Assembly (NCBI GenBank): GCA_051362555.1
Contig: CM120647.1
Coordinates: 6,262,001 to 6,326,000, forward strand
Origin: Lingula anatina
Taxonomy: Eukaryota; Animalia; Brachiopoda
Length of the DNA: 64,000 nt
Direction: 5' to 3'
This document shows positions 1 through 14,306 of this stretch, one piece after another. Every line of letters begins with the position of its first letter. Within the stretch, counting starts at the first letter, position 1. The translations under genes and the position numbers were made by a program. The notes under the pieces were generated by a model. The model ran no database searches. It had not been told where the DNA came from and worked only from the letters and a program-made list of their open reading frames with translations.

Positions 1-332
1 CTGTAGGTGGAACATCTCGTGACGTGATTAAAAACTGATTTATGCCTTAACAACTTTTTAATCGGAGGTTGCAGTTAAATGAGTCGGATATTCCCCCATT
101 GAATTGATCCAAGTTACTTTGTTTTGGAATCCCAGTCAGGTTATTTTCTCGTTTTCTTGAAGTTTAATTCATCATGATGTGGAGAATGCTCAAATGAGCT
201 TTTGAGAATTTCTAGATTTTTTTCAAGATCTTTGATATGAGGGAGAACTTGGCCTACATCTGGGGCAAAAGTCTTCGCACGCTCGCACACAAGTACACAC
301 ACACACATACACATACACACACATGCTACTAT

Positions 333-500
333 GGTTGTTGCCATGTTGATTCCTGGTTTTGGTTGTTACCATGTTGATTCCTGGTTTTGGTTGTTACCAT
401 GTTGATTCCTGGTTTTGGTTGTTACCATGTTGATTCCTGGTTTTGGTTGTTACCATGTTGATTCCTGGTTTTGGTTGTTACCATGTTGATTCCTGGTTTT
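333..500 (+). repeat. 28-bp minisatellite x6
   Basis: ggttgttaccatgttgattcctggtttt repeated head-to-tail with no spacers. Confidence 0.95.
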
Positions 501-1970
501 CATGAATTAAAAAAAGGTATTCCCCCACCTTGTTTTAAGGGTCACTGAAAACAACAGAGGCATGCTGATAATATGGAGGGGAGGTTTCCACTGACCCCTG
601 AAACCAAGGATTTATTTACCCCACCTATAAAGCTTTTATTTCTTCACATATAAAATCCTGTCTTGATATTGTTTTGATATCCAAGTTTTGTTATTTGGTT
701 GGTGTCTAGGAATCTTGGCAACTTCAGGTGTTAATGGAAACTTCTCAGGCGCAAAGACGACTTCGATTGTTGTTATGTAAGTCCTCCAAGATATTGATTG
801 ATTAAAACAGACACGAAAAGGGAGCATTATCAGTAGCAGCACCTTCTCCAGAGAGACTTCTGTCTCAGATAACCTCACAATTAACTAATTGAATACCAAT
901 GCTAATTAGATAGGGGTTAGGTGCTTTAAGGAAATTATGGTGCCCTGTGGTTTGGGTGATGGGTAACTGTCAATGTGTGGTTTGAAATGAATGATCTATA
1001 TACTTGGTTTTCATCATGTGGTGAATTTTTGTGATGTAATTCCCTTGATGTGGGAAGACCATAATGGTGCACGGGATTTGATGACACGGTGCACGAGATT
1101 CTATTACTCAGTGCACGGGATTTGATGACGAGGTGCCACTGCACACATTATTTTTGCGTTATGTCCTGCTAATATTGACCATATACCAAGAATTAGGTCT
1201 GATTGAAGTATGTACATCTACCATATATGTGGAATAAAAAAAAACTAAATTTAGACAACTACTAAAAATGTGATTATATATATATATATATATATATATG
1301 AAACAACTGAAGTGCAGCAGAATCATTTGGTCTTAAATGATATAGAAATACAGTGAAATTAGTCCTAAATAGAATAAGTACTGTAGTGGAATTATTTGTT
1401 TCTAATTGGTAAAAAAGCACTGCTGAATCATCCGGTCTTAAAGATACATACAAAGTCAATTTTTTGTCACAAAAACCAACCAAATGCCAGCATATAGTTT
1501 CAAGTAGTATAACTAAGAGAATTACCAAAAGGCATTGTTTAATTTTACCCGAAAATGATGTTTGAACAGATTTTTCTGCTGGCATTCTAAGCTGTATGTC
1601 AATGGGGCAGGAAAGTAGGTCACGAATGTAGGTTAAATTTACAACCATAAATTTAAAGAAAGGAGCAGTCTAAAGGTCTTTTATGGCTGATCGAGTGATC
1701 TATTCAGTTTATCCCTTGGCATGTCAAATTTATTTGAGTCATATAAGAATCTAGTAGAGGTGGTTTACATGTGTTACTGGGAATCCACGCTCCACCGATG
1801 CTCGGTTCGTATGTACCTTTAAATTTTGGCACAATGTAAAGCTAAGTTGATTAGTTCTACCATTATATCTAAGTCTTTCTTGGCACAAGTTTCATCAGCA
1901 CATTCACACCCAAAAGGGCTTTTTTATATTCTTCCACTTTGGCACAATTAAGGCATGTGACGACATCTAT

Positions 1971-2184
1971 GACCCCATTTCCAGAGATTAGATCGATCTA
2001 ATTTAGATCGACCTAACTCCCTGGGGGTTCATGCTAAATAGCTGTCAGCCGAGAGGACACGAAAGTTAATTACCCCCTTACAGCTTGTAGTAGGTGGGAC
2101 GGACATTTAAGTGAATTATCTGACAGTAATCTAGTGAGACTTCCTGCGGGGATAGATCGATCTAAAAGCTCTGGGAATACAGCC
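1971..2184 (+). mobile_element. MITE family 'tagatcgatcta', copy 1
   Basis: ~215 bp with subterminal tagatcgatcta palindromes and TAT on both flanks; homologous to 4642-4863 and 31364-31578. Confidence 0.8.
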
Positions 2185-4641
2185 TATGGTGAAAATTTTT
2201 TTCAGTGTAGACTGTGAAGACTTGTCTTTAAATCAAGTAAAAACATGCTACAGTACTTTTGTTTCTGAATTTGCTTGAAATGCGTTCACGTGAATTAATG
2301 CCTACAGGTAGCACAGTCTGTTCTGTGAAGAATGCGTACTTGTATGCACTTAGTAAAAACTCAACAACTGTTAACAGATAGTGCTGATGTACTGATAGCC
2401 ACTACACAATACTACATGAATTCTTGAAAGCCGATTTACTCTGTTGGGATTAGATAAATGAACAAATTACATGCATTTTTAAAAGCATCTGTGCTTTGGG
2501 GTTTGATAGATTGCAGTGTGGAGAATAAAAAAGGAAATGTCTGTAATATTGTGTTAGGGAAAAAGGTATTTAGTTTCACTTACAATCAGTATCTCTTGAG
2601 AAAGTTTTACAGTACTTAGGCAATTTTTTTTCTCATCTTTGGATGCTATCTTGTACTCTGCAGTTATATTATTGTTCTCACTAAAAGCCAATAAGGTAGT
2701 CAGTTACAGTATGTATGTAGAGATCATTATTTTTTATCATAATTATTAATTTGCAGAACATATGCATGTAATACAAATGTGACGTTGAAAAAAGGAGAAA
2801 TTGGTGCTACTGTATTTACTCTCTACCCTTGCTGTAGGTGAAGTTTCTCATCATTTGGCAAATAGGAGAAGTAATAATGACTGTGAATGATTCTGACTAC
2901 TACTTCTCTTTCCCACCTCTCTCGATCTCTCTCTCTGACAGTTTCTGCAACTCTGCTCCGTGGTTTAATTTAATCACTAAACATAATTTGATTAAACATA
3001 GTTTAGGGACATAACTATGCGGATATCACGTGATTGCGTCCCTTTGACGAAGGATCGAAACATCATGACTCACACGCAGGGAAAACACATTAAAATCTCC
3101 TCAAAAACAGTTTACTATTTTTGCCATCATTACACAAGAGACGAATGCAAAAAAAAACTATTTCACCAAAGGTGAGTGATGTAGATGAGTGACTCAGTGC
3201 CTTTAGAGTGACCATGTCTAGTCATCACCCTCTTGTGAAGAAATCCAATCAGTTCAGTTATGGGTCTGAAGCGAATCCGGTGCATTAAGGACACATTAGA
3301 TCAATGGCTTATAATTTGCTGTATAACTCACAGGATTTGTGAATCATTTGGATAATATTGTAGCTTCCACTTGAGCATGATGGAAAAAAAGGAACTATTC
3401 ATCTGGAACTGTATTGCGAGTACTGTTTGTATTCTGAGTCTGTAAAAAAAAAAAAAAAAACAATGAACCATTTGTCTGAAACTGCCTATTGGTATATTTT
3501 GAGTCTAATTTTAAAAAGAATTACAAAGTATGATTAAAAAAAGAAAGATCATTCATCTGAAACTGCCTCTACTCAAAGGCCAGTGACTCACAGGTTATTA
3601 CTGCCCTTATCCAAAACAACCAGTAAAAGCCAGTCATCTTGCTCTGAGTATACTTTTACTCGTTTTCCAAGTCCCCAGAGTGGCCGTGTTTATCTCCAGA
3701 GTGGCCATGAAAGACGTGATGCTGTTGGTAACTATTCACGTTCAAAGATCCCACAATGGATGTTGTATGTGTTAATGAAATGGCTAATGTGTAACAGCAG
3801 CAGTTTTTTTCTGAACTTCACTTGGAGGATGATTTGGGCAGAAAGTACACAGTGACTTTTGCCACAGTTCAAAACCATCAGTGAAATGTTCTATTCTCAG
3901 CAGACTTTGAGCTAGTCATTTGGCTTTGCATTTTCTGTTTTCTTTTTTTTAATGTGAAATGGACAATTTATGGCACAATATTGATGGAACTGGATGACAG
4001 TACAACATGTTCAATTGAAAAGCATTCCCGAGCGGTTTCATGCCTGTTAAATGGGTTTTTTGTTCCAATAATCTCTTTGTGTGAAAGGTGCGTAGTACTT
4101 TTGACTTCGTCTGTCTACTTTTCATTCTGAAACTGACTTTTTGTGCGTCTACAAGAAATTAAGTTCGTTCTGCAACTGATTTCTTTTGTGGACAGCAACG
4201 TAAATCGTGTCTAGGAGGCTCTTTTGCGTTGTGAGCCAGGAAATGGTGGAAATGCTGTTGGGGATTCATGCGTGCTTCTTTTACAGAATCGAGCAGATCC
4301 AATCATTTTTTCTCTAACAGACTTCCAAATTGTAATGTACTAATAGACTGTCAAGTTACGTAATGGAAGCCTGTCGACAGAATCTAGGATAATTTTGACC
4401 TCTTCCAGAAGATAGTGGAAGATGATGCATTTCCGAAGCCTGCAAAATGGCAGTCGCCCGTTCACTTCTCTTCCATAACACCTGCGAATCTTCTCTTAAT
4501 CACATTGTTTATAGCTCCATAGAGAATGATACGATATTCATCCAAGGCAGCCATAGGAGAGTATTGATCTTGGAAGATGTAATTAGGCTTGGTCCATAGA
4601 TAATTTAATGAATGAACAACAAAGCAGAGTTTTCAAACTTA

Positions 4642-4863
4642 AACTGTGTTCCCACAGATTTAGATCGATCCATCTGGATCAGCCTAATTCTCCCTGGCCC
4701 AGGGTTCACGTTAATTTGCTGTCAGCCGAGCGTGCACGAAAGTTAATTACCCCCTTACAGCTTTTAGTAGGCGGGACAGACATTTAAGCCGGCTAATCTG
4801 ACAGTAATCTAGTGAGACTCCCCACCGGGATAGATCGATCTAAAAATATGTGGGAATGCAGTC
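4642..4863 (+). mobile_element. MITE family 'tagatcgatcta', copy 2
   Basis: Shares gctgtcagccgag..cacgaaagttaattacccccttacagctt..tctgacagtaatctagtgagact with copy 1; imperfect TIRs; TTA flanks. Confidence 0.8.
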
Positions 4864-5114
4864 TTACTGGTTATATTTGCCTAGAGCCTGTTAACTTTGT
4901 CTTTGGGTTAGTAGACAATGGAGAGAGAGAGATGCCAAATAGTTCCGCGAGAACTGAATTAAAAAAAAAGTTAATTTGATCGCTGAGGAGAGATAATGCT
5001 GTTTAGCTAGAGGTATTTGGCTGATTGGGGGATTAGCTGAAGTGGATAAAAGGTTTTCAAGCATGTTGTCCAGAATGTCCGGTATTAAGTGAATTCCTGT
5101 GGGCAAAGGAAAGC

Positions 5115-5449
5115 TGTGGTAACATGAAAATCTGACTCCCAGAGTTGAAATTTCATAATGAAAATCTGACACTCCCCCCCTCCATGAAATCTTGACTACC
5201 AAAGGGGCTAACTCTGACCCTGACCCTGACCCTCACCTGCAAACTAACAAAAAGTGCCAAGATAAAAGTCATATACTCAAATGAAATAAGATTTATGAAG
5301 TTTTATGTATGGGTAGGGGTTGGGTGTTAAAATTTCATGGGGGAAGTCAAATTTTAATATGAGATTTTGACTGGGGAGTCAGATTTTCATAATGAAAGTC
5401 TGACTGGGGAGTCGCCTTTCAGGGGAGTCGGATTTTTATGGTACACCTG
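5115..5449. mobile_element. Degenerate TIR element with internal repeats
   Basis: Left atgaaaatctgactccc units, right ggggagtcagattttcat units, central (tgaccc)n and gggtaggggttggg. Confidence 0.6.
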
Positions 5450-5850
5450 CGCAAAATTTAGTCAGAGGTTGTTAGAGTGCACAGTAGCAGTTCCTTGGAA
5501 CGTAAGAGTAGTATAACGGCCAACTCATTAAACTGATTGTGACTTGCCAAATTATTGGATTACAAGTACCAACAAATAAAAAAATTAATTCGAGGAAGGT
5601 ATTTCTGCCATGTTCGTTCTATTGATCTTGGTGGCATTTGAGTGCTTTTACTAATTATCCTGGTCGCAAATAATTATTTAGTAATGAGAAACAGAGGAAA
5701 TTGATATTTATTCATTAGAGTAGGTTGTATACTTTCCTAGTGCTGGGTATAATGAGTGCATTTCAACTTAATGAGAAATGGGTGACTTTTTTTCTTCTTT
5801 TTGAGACATTCAGAACAATGTGCTATGTGACATGATCTTAAGTCCATTAA

Positions 5851-6188
5851 AGGGATAATAACTCTTCGTATGAGATCTATATTTCACAATGAAAACATTG
5901 TGAATAACTCATAGAAATATAATATATTCTGTTTTACCACAAAAACGGCAGTTATAGCTATTTTTTCTGATATCTGAGCTTGTCTTTAGACCACGTGACC
6001 TCCATTGATGGCTATACTCTGTTAAAATCTCTTAAGAGATTTTAACAAAAAAGCAAACTTTTTAGAAAAAAACCAGGGACTAACTTTGAATGTAAAAATG
6101 GATTCATTAACCATTGGTAAGTATGGGAAAATTGTTGTTTACTCCAGGAAAATTCATTTTTTGGCCGAAACGAAGAGTTATTATCCCT
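5851..6188. mobile_element. TTAA-target MITE (Kolobok-like AG..CT termini), copy 1
   Basis: TIR agggataataactcttcgt / acgaagagttattatccct flanked by TTAA on both sides; near-identical copy at 42362-42698. Confidence 0.85.
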
Positions 6189-8137
6189 TTAACTTTTCAA
6201 AACTTTTGAATCTGCAGTTATACTGTTATGTCAGTAAGTATCTTATAATTGTGAGTAATTAAAAAATTTAATCTTGGTAAAAGTAGAATACTGGAAAGAG
6301 TGAGGAAGTAGGAATTCCAGGTAATCACAGTGCCACCGTCACATTTCTTTGACTAGAAAATCGAAATAATAGAATTATCTGCTTTGAGTTAGGATATTGG
6401 AGTTACACATTAATTATAAGAGGACCAGGAAATATCGAAGACAAGATCAAGAATGAACTGATATGTTAACTGATATGTTATTTATATCCGAGTTCAGATT
6501 AACGATACGAGGACCAGGAAACATGAAGGACAAGATTAAGAATGTACTGGTGTATTCTTTTAACATGAAGATACATCGCATACTTGCAAGAGAAGTATTG
6601 TTCTCAGTTCATATGGTGGGTTGCACAAAATGACTATAGCCCTATAGCTAGTCAGTCTAAAGTTTTAGACCCAAAATGAGGTCTACTTCAGTTTGAGATG
6701 AATTTATTGTGGCACTAGTCCACATGAATTAAGTGATAGTGGTCTGAAACAATGGCCATGCCTCCCATGTTGTAAATGGGGAACAATATTTCTATTTAAA
6801 TTGGACTACTACTGAATCAGGTTTATCTTGTGAAAGCAGAGAAAAAAATTGGTTTTTATGTTTGGACCAGTTTATGAAACAACCATAGCTCGTCAGTGAA
6901 TTACAGGCCCAAGGCAATTTTTTGATGTGATTGATGACAAGACGTCAAAGAAATAAGATGAAAATATCTATTTCAAAAATCGACACAGATCTTTGACATA
7001 CAAATCTTATCAGACGGAGACATGTGCTTCTTGGAATTTTTTTGGTGTATGATATCCTGAAACTGACCTGTTATCTTAATAAAAAAACCTGCACTCTTTA
7101 AGTTAATCGATCTAATATCTGATACAGCCCTTCCCTGGTCGGGTCAGCGACCTGTTTTCTATCGCTTGCCGCCAGTTCTTGAGCAAATAGCCTCTAGTCG
7201 ACAGGCGGCCATGATTCTGCACCCTGCATCTTCATCATCTTGATAGGTAATTAGCTGAAGTAGCTGAGGTCGAGTGCATCCAAGGACACATTCACAGTGT
7301 GCTTGCTCGGATCACTTGTGATACGATCTCATTGATCTATGCTCAGCGTTGATAGTGGTTATTGGAATTATAATTGAACTTGAATTGCATGGATTATGTG
7401 CCGAGTTCCACAACTGTCGTTAAAATTGCTTTTAACTCTTGCCTGGGTTTTTATTGTGTCTTGAAAGTTGATTTTGAACCAATTTAGATATGAATAATGT
7501 GAACTTGCCTTAGATAATCCTCAGATCCAGCCCACTTAGCATGTCATCTTTCTGGAAGATTAATCCATTATTCTCGAATTCCAACCAAGCATTTTAGATA
7601 ATAGAGAAAACTACCATTGAAGACTATAATTCTTATTGAATGTTTTCAAACCTGTATCTGGATTGTTCCAAAGGAAGGGATTAGCTTAGGGTAATGAACG
7701 CCAAGATGACACGCTGTGCAACTGCCAGATTATCGGATTGCAATCGACATTGATGAGAGAAATTGATTCCAATTGGCATCAAAATATGTATAGCATTGCA
7801 GAACTGCCAAGTACCAGCCGCTATTGGGTTATTACAAGGATTAGAGTTAGTATGAGGAAGAAATTAGACGTAAACTGTATTACTGTAAATCTATGACAAG
7901 TTGTCTTAACGAACAGCAGGGTGATTCAAGACTATTAAGTGTAAAAATCTTTGGTATGTAAAAGGAATGAGCTGAAAAACTGAACAACTGGAGGTCTATA
8001 ACAAGATTTTTTTATAATGATTTTATCATTAAAAGAAAGGGAATGACAATTATGGCTAACAGAGGGTTTCTGAACTGTCTAGTAAAACTCGCTGGTATGC
8101 AACAGAAATTAACTGTAAACTGAAGAATAGGCCAAAC

Positions 8138-8218
8138 TGCAGTTCTGACAGTAGTGTTATGCCTTGCAGTTCTGACAGTAGTGTTATGCCTTGCAGTTCT
8201 GACAGTAGTGTTATGCCT
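8138..8218 (+). repeat. 27-bp tandem repeat x3
   Basis: tgcagttctgacagtagtgttatgcct x3. Confidence 0.95.
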
Positions 8219-8857
8219 TAATGCTTTTGGCAATAACACAAATTGTGGGAGGAATATTAAAGCCAAGATAGAAGAAAAAAAAGAACAAGTGCATCATTAT
8301 CTGAACATTCCAGCCAGTCATATTTGTGGATTCTACCCAAGACTTTCCAAGAGCACAAGGTTTAAAAAAAGAAAACAGAAATATCACTCTACCTTACGCT
8401 GTTCAATACTGGTATTTAAAATATTCAGTAGAAGGACCCATTAGCGGCTAACGGCACCAGCATCAAAAACGTCATTAGCAAAACAAAACAGCGCAATATG
8501 CAATATTCTGCAGTTTAGATTATCCCGAACCATAAAGAAGGCAGGACAATGGCAATGATCAAACAATGGGTATTTATTGATGGGCCGTAAGCCTATTATA
8601 TCAGATAATGATGTCATCAAAAGGAGATTTTTCTAGGGAAGTCAGTCGACTGGGGTAGTTGTCATTGTACTCCTGTAAGCTAAACATTGTTGTTATTATC
8701 ACGGATCGTTGGTTCACGCCAGGAAGTGATGAAAGCCAGGACAACAAATTGGTGATTACGGGAACACCGTGAAGGGATCGACATTGTCAATGTTCATAAC
8801 TAGGATTGATTTTAAGTTTCCTTCCTGTATTGGACCTGAGTGTGAGAAGGAACCAAA

Positions 8858-9080
8858 CAGCGTAACTTTCTGATACTATGCATGGAAGGAACAGCTGCAG
8901 CTAAAATTGAGAGATATTACCACTCCAAAAATTTCATTGTCTGGAATTAAGACACCTTGATTAAGACACCGAAGCAGTGTAACTTTCTGGTGCTCTGCAT
9001 GGACAGAGGGGTAGTGGCTTAAATTGAGAGTTACTACCACTCCAAAAATTTTCAGCGTCTACCTGAAATTAAGACACCCT
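8858..9080 (+). repeat. Imperfect ~116-bp direct repeat x2
   Basis: taactttctg..tgcatgga..aaattgagag.ta.taccactccaaaaattt..aattaagacacc occurs twice. Confidence 0.75.
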
Positions 9081-9192
9081 GATAGAAAAGACACCAATGG
9101 GACTTTTGTACTGGTGTCTGAGTAGCCATTGTTTATAATTGGGGTGACAATACCTTTGAGTTGAGCTATTTCTTGAAGAGGTTAATGACTTA

Positions 9193-9738
9193 GAGCGCAT
9201 TCTCAACGAATTAAGCCAGGCTTTACAAAGCCGGTGACCTAAAAATGGCGGACGTACATGAAAGAAAAACCGCCTAATCTTTTAATAGTCTCTCCGCCTC
9301 TCACACGCCTCCCCACACGTCGTCCCTGCGGGGTACAGTAATTAAATCTCGGCTCCGAACATTAATATTTCCGTGAATATCTCTGGTGATATTATCTCCG
9401 TAGATAGTCGATTCATTGCTGCTCTACGGGCCAAATTATTCCTTTTTCGTCTCTGTTTTCAAAGATAATAGAAGAGAAGAGCTTTTTTCCTTCGATCGCC
9501 TTCAGCCGCCATGCTTTCTTCACCACGAGTTTAACTGATGAGCATGCGCACTTAATATTTCTCAGGTAGCTTCCGCATGGCGAACGGAGCCGAGATTTAA
9601 TTACTGTACCCCGCAGGGACGACGTGTGGGGAGGCGGAGAGACTATTAAAAGATTAGGCGGTTTTTCTTTCATGTACGTCCGCCATTTTTAGGTCACCGG
9701 CTTTGTAAAGCCTGGCTTAATTCGTTGAGAATGCGCTC
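9193..9738. mobile_element. Foldback MITE with ~155-bp inverted repeats, TTA TSD (PIF/Harbinger-Tourist-like)
   Basis: gagcgcattctcaacgaattaagcc...ctcggctccg is mirrored at the right end; the only clear difference is an 11-bp duplication in the left arm; TTA flanks both ends. Confidence 0.88.
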
Positions 9739-11756
9739 TTATTGTAACTTGGATTTGCATTAATGCAGCTAACAGAGTGCTTCACTGGATTACGATAGTG
9801 ATTTTACACTGGCGGACCCCCAGGGCAAACACTCATTATTAGTCGATGGTACCGCAGGAATTGAAGGGACCCAGACACTGAAGTTTCCAGATACGAGACA
9901 GTTAATGTTTCAGAATTATGAATGGCAAAGAGGCTATGCAGCATTACTATGTATAGTATAGGGATGTGTATAGTGTATAATGTGATGTTTAATAGGATTG
10001 CTTCGAGCCAGAGATGCAATTAACTGGTGAATGGAAAAGGTAGCGTGTGGCCTCCGGAACTTTTGCGTAATAGAGAATGTTTTTTTTTTACGCAGGTTTC
10101 CAAAGAAAATGTCATTTCCAGAAGCACTGTTTATTATTCGTAGGAATGCAAAGGTGTAGGTTGATCAATAAGGAATTTTATTCATCAAAGTGTCACTGAG
10201 ATCGAAAATCAAATTGTAGAGCCCAGTGTATTCCTGTATTAGAATCGGGATGTTCAATTGACTAGCTGCGTGAAGATTGATCTCCGGGTCTGAAGTCAAC
10301 GTAGTCTCTGTATCAAGTGAAACAATTATCTCTCAAAGACAGAGAAAAAAAATTGCCTGGATAACTCCTAGAGAAACCCATTTGTGATGGATTTTGATAG
10401 AAAACTAAGATGAAACCTTCGAATGAAACATCGTAGAAGGTTTGGATCGCACTGGGAGTCTGAAAAATCTGAAAGCCCTTAGTTATAATGCAGTGTAGTA
10501 CATCTGTAGGATGAGTCAAGGTTTGTTCAGACAAGACCAAATTGAGACTGAAAAAAAAAAAAACGGACTGACATATGCTTTCAGATGAGCAAATTGGTAA
10601 AAGTGGTAATTTACGGCTTTTTGGCTTGTTTTTCGGTGCTTTGGTTTCAAAGTTTACCTGATTTTCGGTCCAAAGTTTTTCTGAGTAACTGCCCCTGATT
10701 ATATTATTGATTCACCGTATTAATGTCAATTCACATAGGAAGGCAATGTGAAAGCATGCAATTTATCATAAGTAAAATGACACCGAGATTGGATGTGCTG
10801 TCTATTCAAAACTAATCATCATTTGATGCTGTACACTCTGTCTGTAACCTGATCATCTGATGACACAAGTTTTGTCCTATTTTCGATCCGAAACAGTCCT
10901 AGTCTGAACAGATGTGAGTATGAAAAAAAAATTAGTTGAGCTAAGTGAAATTACACATGCAGGTTTAATGGAATTGGATTCACTTGCATCTCATCGCCCG
11001 TTCCTTTTGACAGAGTTCATGTAAGGCAAGAGCACAGGCGTGAAGACACGTTTCTGGGAAAAGTTCTCTTTTTCTGAGAAGCCATGGACCATGCAGTGAT
11101 GAGCTTAAATGAGTTTCACCTGATGGGGTCACCAATGGTCATCGGTGCGGCCATCCGTATGGCTATCACGAAGGATGATGGCTGCATGAGAGTTTATGTC
11201 TCTTGCCTTGGAGCGCTATTTCCTCAAGCTGTAAAAAAGGGAGAACAGTTTTTATATCATTCCTGGAAAAATGGAAATCAAATACGTGGGATTTAGTTTC
11301 AAAAGGTACCAGCACTGAAATGGTGTGAATATTGGCGTCAGTTTTCAGCGTGATTTCAATACACAAGTTTAAAGGAAGGCACAGTGAAATTAAACCGGCA
11401 GCTGCCAGACTGCTAGATTTTTTAATCTCTTCTCGATCAGTTACACACAATTGAAAATACAAATGGAACAGTGAAATCGAACCACTTACGGCAGGTGGGC
11501 AAGTGGGGAAATAAATAAGGAAGACTTTTTTTCTAAGGCCTTTCCTGGGACAAGAGATCCAAGTGCAGAATTTAATCATGGGCACAGTGTGATAGAACCA
11601 CTGGCAGTCAGACAGTGGGGATTGTTTTTACAAGACCTGTTAAGGACCTGAACTGTTAGGGACAAGCCTGAAGTTTGATTGCCAGAGAGAGAGAGAGTGA
11701 GAGAGAGAGAGTGATGTTGCTGACATTCTATTTGGAACTAAATAAGCTAGCAAAAT

Positions 11757-11757
<1 letters not shown>

Positions 11758-11832
<75 letters not shown>
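11758..11832 (+). repeat. (TG)n(AG)n compound microsatellite
   Basis: Direct reading. Confidence 0.95.
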
Positions 11833-11833
<1 letters not shown>

Positions 11834-13110
11834 AAGAAGAAAATGAGAAAGAAATACCTTGCCGGAAACACGATCATAGCAATTACACCTTCCCTTCTTT
11901 ATTCTATTACCTCTGGTTAATGAGCCAAGAGGGCAACAACCCAGACACTCTCAGCGGGACACAGCCTGTAGCCCTAAGCCGTGTCCTATTGTCAGGACAA
12001 GGAAAAATATTAGCGAGGTCAAAGAGTTGAAAGTCATTCAGAACCTCTGAACCACAGAAGCCCCAGTGGATGAGGCGCAGATGGCAGTAGCGCGGTAATC
12101 TTGAAAAAGCTGACAAGGAAGCAGGGGATTTGGCTGTAAAAAAAAAGGAAGGGGAGAAGTGATTAAGGGAAGAGAAGTTGATTACTGGTTGTATTGACAG
12201 CTCTGAAGAATGTGTGAGGAATTTTTTTTTTTTCAATTTTCTTTGTGTCAAGGAGTTGAGAAGTTGAGAGATCTTGCTGTAAGATATGAAGGAAGGAGAG
12301 AAGTCGGTGAAAAGAGAGGGAGAAGTTGGTTACGGCATGGATATTGATAGTTCTGAATAATGTGGAAGAATTTTTTTTTTCTTTTAATTTGTAACAATGA
12401 TTTGAAAAATTGAGATCTTAGTGTGAGATAAAAAAAAAGGGAAGTCACAAGGAAGACAGAAACTGTTGTTGGCACATGTACTGGCAGTTAAAAATAGTAT
12501 TCAAGTTAGTTTTTTTATTTTATTATTTCATTACACTTAAGATAGACATTTTTAATTTTATGTCTGTGCAAAGTCAGAGAGATGTCTCTGAAGACAGCCA
12601 ACTGGTAATTTTGGAGAAAGAGTCGAGAATTCTTTCTTTGGGATAAAAAGAAATGAAAGATCGAATTCATTAGAGAGACAAGCTGTTAATTGCAAAACAG
12701 CTCTGTATGTAATGTGTGAGAATATTTGGGGAAATTTGATATTGAAACGGTAGTTTTTTTAGAACAAACTTACCCCATGTTACATAGTCTTCAAATGACC
12801 TGGCAACTTAAACAGGGGATCTTATTTCGGTCGAAGTCATTACTTGATGGGTATCACTCTTTCTGATGACAGAACTGAAAGGAAATAACAGTAATTGTGA
12901 ACAACTGCCAAAAAGAAAATGAAGACACCTTACATGAGAAATATTACGACTAAAGATGTTCCGTGGTTGGCGATAACAAGTTGATGGTCGTGGTTACACT
13001 GGTAATTGTGAATGATAATTCCAAGTGACTATATATATATGCCACTGGTTGGGTTGTCCATTCCCAAGGGAGGCGAGATCCTTTTAGGATTGAACAGGCC
13101 CATAAAGACT

Positions 13111-13420
13111 AGGCATAAATTAAAGAGAACTGTAAAAACCAGGCATAAATTGAAGAGATTCTTAAGAACCAGGCATAAATAGAAAAGATCTGTGAAGACC
13201 AGTCATAAATTGAAGAAATCCATAAGGACCAGGCATAAATTGAAGAGATTCTTAAGGACCAGTCATAAATTGAAGAAATCCTTAAGGACCAAGCATAAAT
13301 TAAAGAAATCTGTAAAAACTGGTCATAAATCGAACAGATCCATGAGGACCAGACATAAATTGAAGTGATCTGTAAAAACCAGTCATAAATTGTAGAAATC
13401 CTTAAGGACCAGGCATAAAT
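13111..13420 (+). repeat. 30-bp minisatellite x~10
   Basis: aggcataaattgaagagattcttaaggacc-like units at a strict 30-bp period. Confidence 0.93.
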
Positions 13421-14119
13421 CGTAAAGTTTTTGTATATTGAAGATATCCAGCTGTGAGACTTAACCTTTACCACAATGGTTATAGATGCAGTGACCATTT
13501 TGAGCTTTCTGCACACCAGTGGAAATTATTTTGGGCAAACTTGGAGTGTAGGAGATCCCATAGGAGACAAAACGACAAAAGCAATGTAGCGTTAATTTTA
13601 AAAATACTTCAAAGAGTTTGATCTGTTTAGTTTTTCATTTGCCAACATGATCTTCAAAGGCAATGGCATTAAGTTAACCAGAGATTTTAAACAACAGACT
13701 AGTTGCGAGGTTGAAATAAAAGGATGGCCAATGAAACAAAATCTGTGAACAAAGATTGTGTCTAATTCTGCGAGAGCAGTTGGTTTTGATAATGTTTTGC
13801 CAACTCGAGAACAGGAGTGCATCCAGGAAATTTATGTATATTTCATTAAGCAACCAGGAAATAGATGTAACGCATCTCAAAGGGAGGTGTTGATTGAAAA
13901 AGATCAATCTTGGATTTTTGATGTCTAAATGGGTATAATTTAGAAGTTAATTGCTGAAGAGAGATGGTTGGTAGAAGCCTTTTGGTTCATTAATTTGCAA
14001 TGCTTTTACAGAAAAATCCTTTAGATCAGCTCATCAAATTGAAATGCATTAACACATATTTCTGATAGTATTTATTCATTGGCTAAATAAATCTTCATCT
14101 TTTCACATATGCATATACA

Positions 14120-14306
14120 CCTAACAAACACATACACAATACACTCATACACACACACACATAACACACGCATGCACACACACACACCTACACACATAGC
14201 ACACGCATATATACATAACCCACACATAACGCATGCATACACACACATACACACACACACACACACACACTTACACACATACACAAGCACACACAAACAT
14301 ACACAT
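14120..14306 (+). repeat. Degenerate (CA)n low-complexity tract
   Basis: Direct reading. Confidence 0.9.

Noticed and set aside
333-500. 28-bp repeats of CRISPR-like length
   Set aside because: Units are contiguous with no unique spacers, there are no cas genes and the context is eukaryotic; it is a minisatellite.
13109-13516. 135-aa minus-strand ORF with 10-aa periodicity
   Set aside because: By-product of a 30-bp minisatellite; no splice or homology support.
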